Shown: positions 1 through 13,544, counted from the whole stretch's first letter. The stretch is DNA of 63,271 nt, filler included, from Octopus bimaculoides (GCF_001194135.2; 5 parts of 4 records of this genome joined end to end with filler, not necessarily neighbours in it), one strand, 5' to 3'. Notes: generated from the letters alone by a model not told the origin. Translations and numbers: made by a program.

Positions 1-281
1 TATATATATATATATATATATTTATGTATGTATGCATATGTATATAGAAATTTATGTGTGTGTATATGTATGTATAGTATATGTGTGTATTCATTTATGA
101 ATATACATATGCACATATCTATCTTCTAATATATAGACAATTGAAAACCCCGCTCACACAAAGACATGCATAAAATAATAAACGCATACATACGCACGCA
201 CAATGCATATATTTGCATATCTGCATATATATGATATAATATATGATATATTTTCATATATGCATCATATAATATAGTGTA

Positions 282-312
<31 letters not shown>

Positions 313-326
313 CCTATATGTGTTTA

Positions 327-364
<38 letters not shown>

Positions 365-828
365 GCTATACATTCTGTTGAGAACTTTGTAGATATACCA
401 TACCACTCATATTCAGAACACAGAGAACAGGCAAATGAGTCTAGAAATGAAGTGGAATATTATATAGAAACTAGCTTGTCACGGCGCCATATAGTACAAT
501 GATCGCGTGTACCTTTGTGATCCACATATACGACGGAACTATATGGGATACGCGCTTCTGTTATGGACAATACCCCTATAGAAATATATTCTTTAGATGT
601 TTATGCATGTGTATGTGTCTGTACATATACCTCTATGTGTGTGTATGTGTGTGCATATATTTGTATATATATATATATGTGTGCATATTTTCACACACAT
701 TATATATATATGTATACATACGCACACATATAAATGCATGTATGTATGGGTATATTTATATTATGCATGCATAAAGATAGATATATAGACATATAGATAA
801 TATAGTTACACTTTGATAAATAAATACG

Positions 829-867
<39 letters not shown>

Positions 868-1038
868 TTGATAGATAGATAGATAGATAGATAGATACAT
901 GCATACATGCATACATATATATGTATATAAATGTATATACCTATATATATAGGTAAGTATATATATAGATATATATGTATGTATCTATTTATCTATCTGT
1001 CTCCCTCTGTATATATATACATATATATATATATAAAA

Positions 1039-1086
<48 letters not shown>

Positions 1087-1384
1087 ATATATACACACAA
1101 TAAACATACGCACATATAATTTATGTTTTATATGTATATGTAAGCTGAGTATTTTTCCTAAAACTAAGATCTTTTTTTTTTTAAATACTTCTAAAAATCC
1201 TTTCCATTCAGCAAAATTATTGTGAAATTTTCAACAACTACGTTTGCATCTCTTTCTTTTACCACACAAAATTTTATAGAAAGCCTTGGTTATCTCTAGT
1301 TTATGTGCAATTCTCGATTGTCTGATAAATGCAATCGCGACCAATTTTAAGTTTCTTTAAACCTAACATTCTACCCCTTAATTC

Positions 1385-1760
1385 AAAATGTCTAGAATCA
1401 CATGTATTTTCTTTTACCTTTAACTTGTTTCAGTTGATTGAGTGTGGCCATGCTGCAGCATCGTCTTGAAGATGTTTAGTCGAACCATTCGACCTAGTAT
1501 TTGTTTTTCAAGTACGATACTTACACTTATGTTCTCTGAGGCAAAACTGCTCAGTTACAGGGACTTAAACAAACGAAGACCGGTTTTCAAGCGTGGTGTG
1601 GACATAATTAAATTCCAGAGACACACATACATAATTATGACAGAATTTTACACAGATTCCGTCTCCCAAATTAACGCACAAAATTATTGTAGAAGACTCT
1701 TGTCCAAGACGCTGCGCAGTGGGACTGAACACGGAGCGACGTGGTTGCAAAACTGTAACT
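1385..1760 (-). mobile_element. Diverged tRNA-derived SINE, family A
   Basis: Reverse complement carries the family A head (ttcagtcccactgcg) and tail (gctgcagcatggcc...tgaaacaagt), as in 52041-52443. Confidence 0.65.
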
Positions 1761-2886
1761 TATACTGTAACTTTACAAACAAGCAATCTACCCTATACGT
1801 ACATAGGCTTAAATTTTCCATTTCATTAGATATGATTTAGCAACCTCTAAATATCTAGAATTTCTAACTGGAGATATGAAACATTACTCTCCAAATATAT
1901 TTGGAACCACATATGATAATACAGCTTTCTGTTCGCGCTAACTCATATAGTATGAGCTCCTAGTCATACTATCAATTAAAGAAATCCATGGAAACCTTAT
2001 TCATTGTGCTTAATGAAGAGCAAAAGAAACTGATTTCATTTTCTATAGATAATGAAATTGTATTTCTCCTACAAGCAACTCACATATATAAAAACACTGT
2101 TCTAGTTTCACATCTTACAAAATTTAAAAACTATTATGGATTAGCCTTTAAAGCTACACTTCTACTTTAATCTCTTACACGTATTTATTCTTATTCAATA
2201 TATGTTTTGTAATATTGTAATATTGTAAGACAGAAAAGAATGCACATAACGAAACAATTTTATAAATGAAATTCATTCTCGAACTCTGGCCGAAATAGGA
2301 TTAATGTAATGTAATGTAATATAAAGCTGAAGCAAATCAATACCCAATATACAGTGCGTGTGTTTTTATTAGCTAAACTGGCAGTATGACCATCCCCAAG
2401 TACAACAACATCTGTTTCAACACACGATTTCACATCAAAAATCTTGCAAAACAAATATATATATATATATATATATTAATGAATCATAAAAGAACTAGTT
2501 ATGTAATCACCTAATTAGCTTACGGCTAATGTAAGTAACAGTGTGCTCAGAGCTGAGAGCCGGATCATCATCTTGTAACATGACCAAACCATTTGAATAT
2601 ATTGACTTCTGACAAGTGGTTACTAGTACCGCTATGACAAAGCGGAATTATAATACACACTCGCGCGCGCACACACACATATGCACATGTGTGTGTGTGT
2701 GGATGTCTATAGGTGTATTTATATGTATGTGTAACATCTCAGCTTGGAGAGAATAGTTACAAAATGAATTTCAAGCATCGATGTCAGTCTTTCTCTATAT
2801 TATATAAGATGATGATTATTATTATTATTGTTGTTATAATTATTGTTATTATTACTATTATTATTATTTTGGGGTTGTTGTTGTGG

Positions 2887-2942
<56 letters not shown>

Positions 2943-3606
2943 TTCTCTGCTAACAAGTACGTGGGGTAACGATANNNNNNNNNNNNNNNNNNNNNNNNNN
3001 NNNNNNNNNNNNNNNNNNNNNNNNNNNNNNNNNNNNNNNNNNNNNNNNNNNNNNNNNNNNNNNNNNNNNNNNNNNNNNNNNNNNNNNNNNNNNNNNNNNN
3101 NNNNNNNNNNNNNNNNNNNNNNNNNNNNNNNNNNNNNNNNNNNNNNNNNNNNNNNNNNNNNNNNNNNNNNNNNNNNNNNNNNNNNNNNNNNNNNNNNNNN
3201 NNNNNNNNNNNNNNNNNNNNNNNNNNNNNNNNNNNNNNNNNNNNNNNNNNNNNNNNNNNNNNNNNNNNNNNNNNNNNNNNNNNNNNNNNNNNNNNNNNNN
3301 NNNNNNNNNNNNNNNNNNNNNNNNNNNNNNNNNNNNNNNNNNNNNNNNNNNNNNNNNCGCGAAAACAAACGGTGCTAGTTGATGACTAATAGTGCTAAAT
3401 GTTAAATGTATTGAATCATTCACTCAACACATGATGGACAAAATATGTCTCGTTATACGTTAGATGGTATGTTATGTAATTGTCTCTCGTTTTTATCAAA
3501 TATGAATATTCCATGAAATTTGTCTGACGTTTGTTTAGTGAACATTTATGGTACTTAACTACGCTATTCTGTAAACTTTCTATATTACCTAATATGTTTA
3601 TAATGA

Positions 3607-4042
3607 GGCGCAGGAGTGGCTGTGTGGTAAGTAGCTTGCTTGCCAACCACATGGTTCCGGGTTCAGTCCCACTGCGTGGCACCTTGGGCAAGTGTCTTCT
3701 GTTATAGTCTCAGGCTGACCAAAGACATCTGAGTGGATTTGGTAGACGGAAACTAAAAGAAGCCTGTGGTATATATATGTATATATATATATGTATATGT
3801 GTGTGTGTTTGTGCGCCTGAGTTTGTCCCCCCAACATTGCTTGACAACCGATGCTGGTGTGTTTACGTCCCCGTAGCTTAGCGGTTCGGCAAAAGAGATC
3901 GCTAGAATAAGTACTAAGCTTACTAAAAATAAGTCCTGGGGTCGATTTGCTCGACTAAAGGCGGTGCTCCNNNNNNNNNNGGTGCTCCAGCATGGCCGCA
4001 TTCAAATGACTGAAGCAAGTAAAAGATAAAAAGGGTAAAAGA
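3607..4042 (+). mobile_element. tRNA-derived SINE, family A (near full length)
   Basis: Head ggcgcaggagtggctgtgtggtaag with B-box-like ggttcagtccc, central TA/TG microsatellite, body gtccccgtagcttagcggttcggcaaaagag and (gtaaaaga)n-like tail. Homologous copies elsewhere in the window. Confidence 0.85.
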
Positions 4043-4062
4043 GTCATACATACATACACACG

Positions 4063-4097
<35 letters not shown>

Positions 4098-5771
4098 GTG
4101 CACATAGACATATAGAGATACATACACACATATATATACATACATACTTACATACACATATATGCATACATATATCCATATATATGCATATACACACTAC
4201 ACACACACTACACACACACACCTATATATATNNNNNNNNNNNNNNNNNNNNNNNNNNNNNNNNNNNNNNNNNNNNNNNNNNNNNNNNNNNNNNNNNNNNN
4301 NNNNNNNNNNNNNNATATATATATATATATATATATATACATATCGCATTTAGAACTTACACTCATATAGGGTTATACGTTACCACAATATCCGGTATTC
4401 AGGAGTATACTTGTCGCAAAATATTTCAATAAACAGCGATTCCGTTGTTTTCAATTTTTGGTGTTACTTGTCTAAATGTGATTGTGTTTCATATGTTACA
4501 TGGACATTATCTACAATCTTCGATGCAACCCCATTCTGGAGCATAGTGAAGCTTCTCTACATGTTACCTGATGTCCCAGTTCCCTCAAGCAAATAATATT
4601 TTTAGCTATAAATGTTATATTGCTATATCTTTTATGCTTTACTTGTTTAACTCATCGGACGAAGTAAATTTCATCGCCTTCTGATCAATTTTGGGTTTTT
4701 GCCCAAATATGGCAATGCCCAATGACATCCCAATGCTGCTTTTGCAGATTTGCATAAGAGCATTTCATCACTCTACGCTGCTCCAGCTCCGCCCCTCCCA
4801 TTTAAAAAAATACATACTGTAACCATAACCAGCTTTGCATCAAGCGCTGTATCTTTTCTTTTCGAAAATGGGATGGCATGTTTGGAGGGGATTGCGCTGT
4901 TATTCCTAGCATGCTGTAGCTTTTTCTTTTGACGCATGAGATTTATATTTATTAAAGAAAGACACGCTTCTCTGACTTCTCCATCGTTTTAGCACTGGAA
5001 TATTCATTGAAGAGATACGAGTTATCTGTAAGTTTCTCACAAGATACAAGATTTCTAAAGAAGTCACATCTTTCTAAAGATATTTTACATTCGGGATTTC
5101 TATAGCCATGTTGGTTATCCTTGTATTGGTAGCTGTGTTTGGATGCTTCTACTTCTGTTGTTCTCTTTCCCAACCTTGCTGTTTCCATTCTTCGTATTAT
5201 TGTTATCTATCGAGCAGGTCGCTATTCACAAATGTTTTAATAACAGGTTTACCCCATAGAACATTAACAATGATTTATCGATCCTTAATTCCAATGTTGA
5301 TGTAGTTATCATTGTTGTTATTGTTGCAAGTTTTGACTTTGTAGTGTATTTGTTTATTTTACCGTTGGTAACGGAGAAAAGGCTAAATATCGAAGAATAT
5401 AATCTGTACAGACAACAATAGAACCTGTTGAAGAAGTGAAATAGCGAAACATTTCTCTCCATTTTAAAGTAAGTCGGATGCTGGCATCAATAGAATCTCA
5501 TCTCTACAACAACTACTCACCAAAAATAGCAAACCAAAAAAAGATGTTTCTCATGCAAGTATTTTAGTAGGTATACCAAGTTATCTAAGTTGGAATACTG
5601 TATTGCGTGCCTTTTTGTTCATCCGGTCCCTCTCCGCGTTCTTCATACATCTCCCACCACCACTCTACATCTTCGTCTTCTTTCACATTATAAAAGTTTA
5701 CGTCCACAATTATGTGACCAGACTAATCTGAGAAGGCACATGCCTTGTGTATGTGTATGTATTGTGTGTAC

Positions 5772-5810
<39 letters not shown>

Positions 5811-6770
5811 TATTAAAACATTAGGCTAAAAAATTGGATATTAATCAATATCAATTTAATACCAGGGAACAAGCACATTAAAAGAATCAAGGAGATTTAG
5901 AAAAAATATCTGAGATCTCAAAAGATTATTCTATNNNNNNNNNNNNNNNNNNNNNNNNNNNNNNNNNNNNNNNNNNNNNNNNNNNNNNNNNNNNNNNNNN
6001 NNNNNNNNNNNNNNNNNNNNNNNNNNNNNNNNNNNNNNNNNNNNNNNNNNNNNNNNNNNNNNNNNNNNNNNNNNNNNNNNNNNNNNNNNNNNNNNNNNNN
6101 NNNNNNNNNNNNNNNNNNNNNNNNNNNNNNNNNNNNNNNNNNNNNNNNNNNNNNNNNNNNNNNNNNNNNNNNNNNNNNNNNNNNNNNNNNNNNNNNNNNN
6201 NNNNNNNNNNNNNNNNNNNNNNNNNNNNNNNNNNNNNNNNNNNNNNNNNNNNNNNNNNNNNNNNNNNNNNNNNNNNNNNNNNNNNNNNNNNNNNNNNNNN
6301 NNNNNNNNNNNNNNNNNNNNNNNNNNNNNNNNNNNNNNNNNNNNNNNNNNNNNNNNNNNNNNNNNNNNNNNNNNNNNNNNNNNNNNNNNNNNNNNNNNNN
6401 NNNNNNNNNNNNNNNNNNNNNNNNNNNNNNNNNNNNNNNNNNNNNNNNNNNNNNNNNNNNNNNNNNNNNNNNNNNNNNNNNNNNNNNNNNNNNNNNNNNN
6501 NNNNNNNNNNNNNNNNNNNNNNNNNNNNNNNNNNNNNNNNNNNNNNNNNNNNNNNNNNNNNNNNNNNNNNNNNNNNNNNNNNNNNNNNNNNNNNNNNNNN
6601 NNNNNNNNNNNNNNNNNNNNNNNNNNNNNNNNNNNNNNNNNNNNNNNNNNNNNNNNNNNNNNNNNNNNNNNNNNNNNNNNNNNNNNNNNNNNNNNNNNNN
6701 NNNNNNNNNNNNNNNNNNNNNNNNNNNNNNNNNNNNNNNNNNNNNNNNNNNNNNNNNNNNNNNNNNNNNN

Positions 6771-6771
6771 N

Positions 6772-6845
<74 letters not shown>

Positions 6846-6924
6846 TAATAATAATAATAGTAACACCACCACCAACAACAACAACAACAGCAGCAACAAC
6901 ATCAACAACAACAACAACAATAAA

Positions 6925-6995
<71 letters not shown>
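6771..6995. repeat. (AAT)n/(AAC)n microsatellite, representative of many TA, CA, CATA, TAA, CTCA and GTA tracts
   Basis: Direct reading. Confidence 0.95.
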
Positions 6996-6996
<1 letters not shown>

Positions 6997-7400
6997 GATA
7001 ATACCTAGGGTTACAAGTAGTAACGCGTTACCCACATAAATCCTGCCAGGAATAAGACCGAACCTGAATCAAACCAAAATAACAATAAATACAGGTTTTG
7101 TTGCTATGGCAACTGACAAATCCTGTACTACATTTTACAATGCAAAGAAGCAAAGTAAATTATTTTATTGAAACTTAGATTTAATTTTTTTTTTAAAGTT
7201 AATTTTATTTAGAAATTATAATTTTCTGAAATCTCAGTTCGCTTGACTTTACCAGAAATTGTGACACAAACAAATAAATTCGACATTTCATCGTTGATTG
7301 AAATTATCTTGTTTTCATAATTTGTCTTCAAGACTCAAACAAGTTCGGATTTAGTGTGCTATAATTTTAAAACGTATATTGTGTGAGAGAGAGAGAGAGA

Positions 7401-7439
<39 letters not shown>

Positions 7440-7468
7440 AACATTTATAGAACATTTATAAATCGAAT

Positions 7469-7516
7469 GTCTTACAGCTGTTTCCAGGATATTTATTATA
7501 TCCCTTCATCGGAGTC
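7469..7516 (-). ncRNA. Degenerate minimal hammerhead-ribozyme-like motif
   Basis: CCGAUGA, stem GGGAUAU/AUAUCCU, GAAAC, palindromic ACAGCUGU and a GUA triplet. Confidence 0.45.
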
Positions 7517-7692
7517 GGTGTGAGAGGATGATGAAGCAATAGTTAGTTTAGGAAATAGAGATTGAATGTAGGGATATTGTATTTGTAAATCCATTGTTTA
7601 GGCAGAATGGTATACATATAAGATTCCAATACCTTGTGAGTAAGATCCAATTGATTTTAAGATTGGTCGTTGACACCACTGGCGCTCATAAA

Positions 7693-7727
<35 letters not shown>

Positions 7728-8382
7728 CATACATACGTACATACATACATACATACATATATACATACATATATACATACATATATACATACATACACAC
7801 ATATGTATTTAAGTATGAGTGCGTGTGTGTCGATGTATCTTATTAAGTCAAATATAAAGTCATAACGAAGCTAAAATACACGGTCGTGGCTAAAAGTCTG
7901 GAACATAAATCAGCAATTTTTTTCTAGATATTGAACCATTGGATCAGTAATTAGTTAAATATATATATATNNNNNNNNNNNNNNNNNNNNNNNNNNNNNN
8001 NNNNNNTATATATATTTGAATCGAATTGTATTTGAGCATAATAATATTAATTTCTTTTTAAAGTGTTCTAAACTTTTGGCCACGACTGTAGAGTAATCCT
8101 ATAAACGCAGCCTGTATGGTGGTAGAGTGGGCTGGGTTAAACAAATGCAATGACTGTGAAGGTTCATGATGTAAGCGGAAAGCAAATATGGAAAATGCAT
8201 TATAGGCGTGGTTCCATCTCTAACCGATCACCTCCCATATCTATGTCGAAGTTTGGTGTTTAGAACAATTTATATTATATTAAAGCTTAGTTATCATTAT
8301 ATCCGTGCATGCATACAAGCAATGTAACTACAGGTGTGCCGTTGGAGATTTTTCTTCCTTCTTTGGAATTTTCCCTTTCTCC

Positions 8383-8415
8383 TTTCTGACGAAGAGTCTT
8401 ACTCGAAACGTCAAA
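8383..8415 (+). ncRNA. Minimal hammerhead-ribozyme-like motif
   Basis: uuu CUGACGA a GAG ucuua CUC GAAAC GUC aaa. Confidence 0.5.
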
Positions 8416-8528
8416 CTCTCCTCTTTCACCAATCTTGAAGCCAATACCGTTCTTATGCACGTCTTCGGGTTTTCTGTTTGGTTTTTTTTTTTGGTGGGGG
8501 GGAGTTATTTGAATCGACTACACACACC

Positions 8529-8561
<33 letters not shown>

Positions 8562-9610
8562 ACATATATGTATATACACACAATTTCTATGCTTTATGTA
8601 GGAAACAAATATTTATGTAACTGTTTGAAAACTAATTCTATATTTCTCTCTTCTTTCTCTTAACACATACACACATGCATACATGTATGTATGGTTGAAT
8701 GAATGAATAAATGTACCTAAGTACGTTTGTATAAACGTATGTGTATGTATGTATGTATGTATGTATGTATGTATGTATGTATGTATGTATGTGTGGTGTT
8801 CCTATGTTTGTATGAATGTGTGGTATGGTATGTGTATGTACGCACGCCGCGCCTACGTGTAAATGCATATTGATTTATCTCTTCGATTATCAATCATTTC
8901 ATAGCTGACCTGGTATACTAGTTAGTATAACCGATCTGTCTGATCGAATAACGGCCACTAATCACTAATGACATAAAGACTGATCGCAGATCTTATACCT
9001 CCCCAACACCATCCGATCGTTTACTACATCGTCTATTCGTTTCCAGTCCGCCATCTATCTCAAACAATCTCATTTCGTCCAATTTCCCGCTTCATCCATC
9101 ACCTGTCCCTGCGTATAATTCTCTACGCGCCATATTTACGCAGCGTCTCCGTGTGTCTTTCTTCCTTTCTATCTCCAGACAGTCTCTCTCTCTCTCTTTC
9201 TCTTTCTCACACTCTTTCTCTCTCTCCCTCCCCGCTCTCTCTCTCTCTCTCTCTCTCACATTCTCTCACTTTCTCTCCCTCTTTTCTTCCCACGTACTCA
9301 TTAAATCATGAGCTTTTTATATATTGCGACTTTACTCTCTGTTACCTCACCTCAAACTCACTCACTCACTCACTCACTCACTAACTCACTCACTCACTCA
9401 CTCACTCACTAACTCACTCACTCACTCACTCACTCACTAACTCACTCACACACTAATTCTCTTCCAATACAATACGTTTGTGCCACTCTCTCTCCGTCTT
9501 CCTGTATCTTTTTTTTGTTTTTCTCTCTCTCCCGCGGCTTTGCTTTGCTTTCTCGCTCTGTCCCATTACATATATATGTATGCACATGTAAATGTATGTA
9601 TGTATGTATG

Positions 9611-9734
<124 letters not shown>

Positions 9735-10352
9735 TATATACTGTATATGTATGAATATGTATGTGTATATATATATGTATATATATACAAACACACACAC
9801 ATTATATGGATATTTACATTTTCTTCACAGTCTATTACATCTTCAATATGTCCGTTCACGCTCCATATTCATATGTCGTACTCGTGTCTTCCTCTTACAG
9901 TCAACTACTGGACACTTCTCGATGTTACACACGTTAAATATTCAGTTTATTCAAACTTCGTTCCCACCACCGTCACTTCCAACGATAACAAAAACACCAA
10001 AGACAAGAACGCCACCTTTCTCTACCACCACCACCACCACCATCAACACCACCACCACTACCTTCACTACCAGCACTTCCACTTTCTCAGACATATTGGT
10101 ATTTCTTTGTCTCACTGAATTTTGTTTTCTCATTCTACCTCATACGTGTGTCCGCTTGACCATATTTCTGGCTATGGGTATCTGGTTTCTCAATAGCTTT
10201 CTATTTCTATACATCTCTGCCTCTTACTGTCTGTATGTATATATATATATATNNNNNNNNNNNNNNNNNNNNNNNNNNNNNNNNNNNNNNNNNNNNTTAA
10301 TTAATTAANNNNNNNNNNNNNNNNNNNNNNNNNNNNNNNNNNNNNNNNNNNN

Positions 10353-11595
10353 ATGAAATCCTCGGATCTTTCCAAAAGGTCCTCGGAATTTCCCAGGAAT
10401 TACCTATCCCATCATTGGAACTTTCCATGAATTTTCCATGAAGTACCTATCCTATCCTTGGAACCTTGCGTGAAATACTCGGAACTTTCGAAGAAGTCCT
10501 CAGAATTTCCAGGAAGTTCCTGTCACCAAGTTTGAACTTTCCATCATTTCCCCGGTACTTTCTATGAAACCCTCGGAATTTTCCAGGAAGTACCTATCCC
10601 ATCCTCGGAACATTCAATGAAATCCTCGGATCTTTCCAAAAGGTCCTCGGAATTTCCCAGGAATTACCTATCCCATCATTGGAACTTTCCATGAAAACCA
10701 CGAAATTTTCGAGGATATCCTAGGAATATCCCATGAAATCCTCGGAACTTTCCGTGATAACCTCTGAACTTTCCGGGAAGTCCTCGGATTTTCCATGAAA
10801 CCTTCGGAACTTTCTTCTCTCTCTCCGTCTCTCTTTGTCTCTCTCCCTGTGTCTACTCTCTCTCTTTCTCTTGTCTCTCTCTCCATTTTCTGTCTCACTC
10901 CCTCTCTCACTCTCCGTCTCTCTCTCTCTATCTCTCACGTTCTTTCTCTCTGTGTGTTTTTCACTCCCTGTTTCTCTGTCTCTCTCTGTGTCTTCCTCTC
11001 TGTCTCTCTCTCTGTCTTCCTCTCTGTCTCTCTTCGTCTATCTCCTCTCTCTCTCTCTCCCTGTCTCTCTATCTCTCTCTTTTTCTCTTTCTCTTCCTCT
11101 GTCTGAAATGTTATCAATTGCCACTGCTGAACCGCTATGCTCAAGGGACATTTTATCGATCTCCATTGCCGAACCGCAAATTAACGTGGACATTTTTTCG
11201 ATCTCTTTTGCCGAACCGCTAAATTATGGGGACATTTTATCGATCACCATTGCTGAACTGCTACGTTACGGGGATATTTAATCGATCTCCATTGCCGAAA
11301 CGCTAACTTACGTGGACATTTCATCGATCTCTCTTGCCGAACTGCTAAGTTACGGGGACATTTTATTGATCTCAATTACCGAACTGCTAAATTACGGGGA
11401 CATTTCCTATCCCCGGAACTTTCCACGAAATCCTCGGAACTTTCCACGATTCCCCGGAAATTTCCAGGAAGTACTTATACTGTCCTCGGAACTTTCCATG
11501 AAATGCTTAGAACTTTTCGGAAGTTCCCGGAATTTTCTAGGAAGTACTTATTCAATCCTCGGAACTTACAATGAAATCCTTGGAACAATCCAGTA
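10353..11595. repeat. About 21-bp-unit satellite (cctcggaactttccatgaaat-like) with nested CT tract and 42-bp array
   Basis: Units at 10353-10815 and 11406-11595; a block of about 79 bp at 10353 recurs at 10617 (264-bp offset). Confidence 0.85.
11112..11405. repeat. 7 x 42-bp minisatellite
   Basis: Consensus about tatcgatctccattgccgaaccgctaaattacggggacattt; appears as a 14-aa repeat in the ORF track. Confidence 0.9.
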
Positions 11596-12569
11596 AGTTT
11601 TCTATTTTATCTACATCTAAGATGCTTTGTGGGAATAAAATTGTTCTCCTGTACTTCATACATACTTTTCTTTTAATAGACTCAGATGGATGTAAACTCA
11701 AGTTGATCACTGTGGAATTTTAATTTAGAATGCAGAAAAATGTAATCAAATACTACAGGCATTAGTATTTAATTAATGCTCTACTGTTTCTTCATATTCT
11801 CAATGCCGGACTTGAACAGACTTTTGATTAAAGACATTCTAACCTTGACCATCCTGTCTGTTTTGTTTTGATATTGTTTATCTTTGACTACATTATCTGA
11901 TATATCCATCCAATTTTTTTTAAAGATGTAGATGTGAAACTTTGAGAGATTTGGCTGCTATTTCTAACATGTTGAGTGACCACAGGTTCTCTCCCAATGC
12001 TTACAACTAAAAGAACAGATTTTTTTAAATTGATAAAAACATGTATACATACTGACTCCACACAGAATAATGAGAGATACAGACAGACAGGAGAGAGGGA
12101 GAGAGAAAGAGAGAGAGAGAGAGAGAGACAGACAGAAGGAGAGAGAGAGAGAGAAAAGAGAAAGATTTGGCTGTTATTTCTGGTGTCTCATGGTACCATA
12201 TCGATGCTCTCCCAAGATATACAATAAAAGCAACATATTTTTGGGAAATATGACACCACAATTCACTTATAAACACAGAAAAGTGGCAGCTATCAAATTA
12301 ATATTTACAGAATTTATGCTGACATAGATAATCACTACTTTCCTTAGAATGGAGTTTTGTTTTGTATGTTTGTTGCTTTGTGCTTCAATATCAGCATGGA
12401 ATTTATTTATTGCACCCTAGAAAATATTTATCTCATCTCAGTTTCCAAACTGAAAATTACAGAAAACTCTTGTAAATAGAATTTGATGAGTGTATATGTT
12501 TGTCAATTTATAACGAATGCAGAAAAAATTAGCTTTATTTCTTCTTTATATTTTCTTAATTATTATCTT

Positions 12570-13055
12570 GATGGAGAGAAAATGGACACAAAACAACAGA
12601 ACAGAACAGCAATGAAAGGTTTCTACAGAAGCAAGCCTTCAAAAATAAGGTACAAAAAAGAATGCATACAATTTGGAAAACCTGATATGATTATAATTAT
12701 AAAAAAAAAACGAGTGTTAGATCATAGATTTTGCAATTTCTTATAATAGCAGTGTCGATACCAAGGAAATTTTAAAAGTTGAGAAATATCAGGATTGGCC
12801 AGAGAGTTGAGAAGACTGTGGAAGGCTAAGACAGCAGTAATTCTTGTGATAATTGGCACACTTGGTGCAACACCCAAAATGCAACCTAAAAGATCAAAAG
12901 AGACCGGAACTGAAACTTGCATTGTCAACCAGCAGAAAAGTACCACCCTATACCCTGCAACAACCCTAAAGAAGATTCTTGAGATTTCAGGAGATTTGTT
13001 ATCACCAAGCCTCAAGAGAAAATGCCTGTAAACTAAATTAGCATGCGCTAACATC
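12570..13055 (+). mobile_element. R4/Dong-clade LINE, decayed RLE endonuclease fragment
   Basis: KPDMIII and ARELRRLWKAKTAVILVIIGTLG motifs; followed by (TAA)n at 13056-13110. Confidence 0.65.
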
Positions 13056-13110
<55 letters not shown>

Positions 13111-13111
<1 letters not shown>

Positions 13112-13544
13112 CAATATAAACGTATCTGTCAAGACCTACCAAAAACTGAGCAAATATAAAGATCTTGAAATAGAAATTAGCAAAATGTGGAACCTGAAGA
13201 CTGAAACAATACCTATTGTCATAGGTGCCCTAGGAATGATAGCAAAAGGGGCTGATTGCTCAAATACCAGGAAACCCCAAAATGGCTGAAGTTCAAAAGA
13301 TATTGCTCATGGGAACTGCCCATATCCTAAGTAAAATATTGTCTATGTGAACTCAAATTTTAAAACAAACACATAATTTTCTTATGGTTTCTTAAACATT
13401 CTCTAGAACAACACTATGTACAAATCCAAAAATATGGTACCCTAGGCATAACACCTTCATGAACTTCTAACTTGTTGTCTCTTGAGGTCTCTGGGTGAGA
13501 CTTGGATCCAACTTGTACAAATGCAAAGCAAAAGTCAAACATAA

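Noticed and set aside
126-1119. Many ORFs rich in YI, CV, HT, poly-I or poly-L across the window
   Set aside because: Translations of TA, CA, CATA and TAA microsatellites, or of N runs; no coding evidence.
3961-3990. Apparent short duplications across 10-N gaps (ggtgctcc here; similar at 45112 and 58659)
   Set aside because: Overlapping contig ends at negative-size gaps.
4361-5720. Unique, somewhat coding-looking region with short minus-strand ORFs, a GTAAGT donor at 4360 and a vaguely GPCR-like KLVMVTVCIFL
   Set aside because: All frames examined contain stops, and no recognisable family or consistent exon was found.
9901-10100. Thr-rich, mucin-like possible exon after a tcttcctcttacAG acceptor
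   Set aside because: Explained by a (CAC)n microsatellite; weak donor and no homology recognised.
10297-10308. TTAATTAATTAA island between N runs (also 28298-28309, 35632-35643 and 59893-59904)
   Set aside because: An identical six-frame-stop spacer centred in 100-bp gaps (44 N, 12 bases, 44 N where counted). It is an assembly placeholder, not biology.
11112-11405. CRISPR-like array
   Set aside because: Head-to-tail diverged units without unique spacers, in a eukaryotic context with no cas genes.
10835-11596. ORFs with 14-aa and 7-aa periodic peptides
   Set aside because: Products of the 42-bp and 21-bp repeats, whose unit lengths are multiples of 3.
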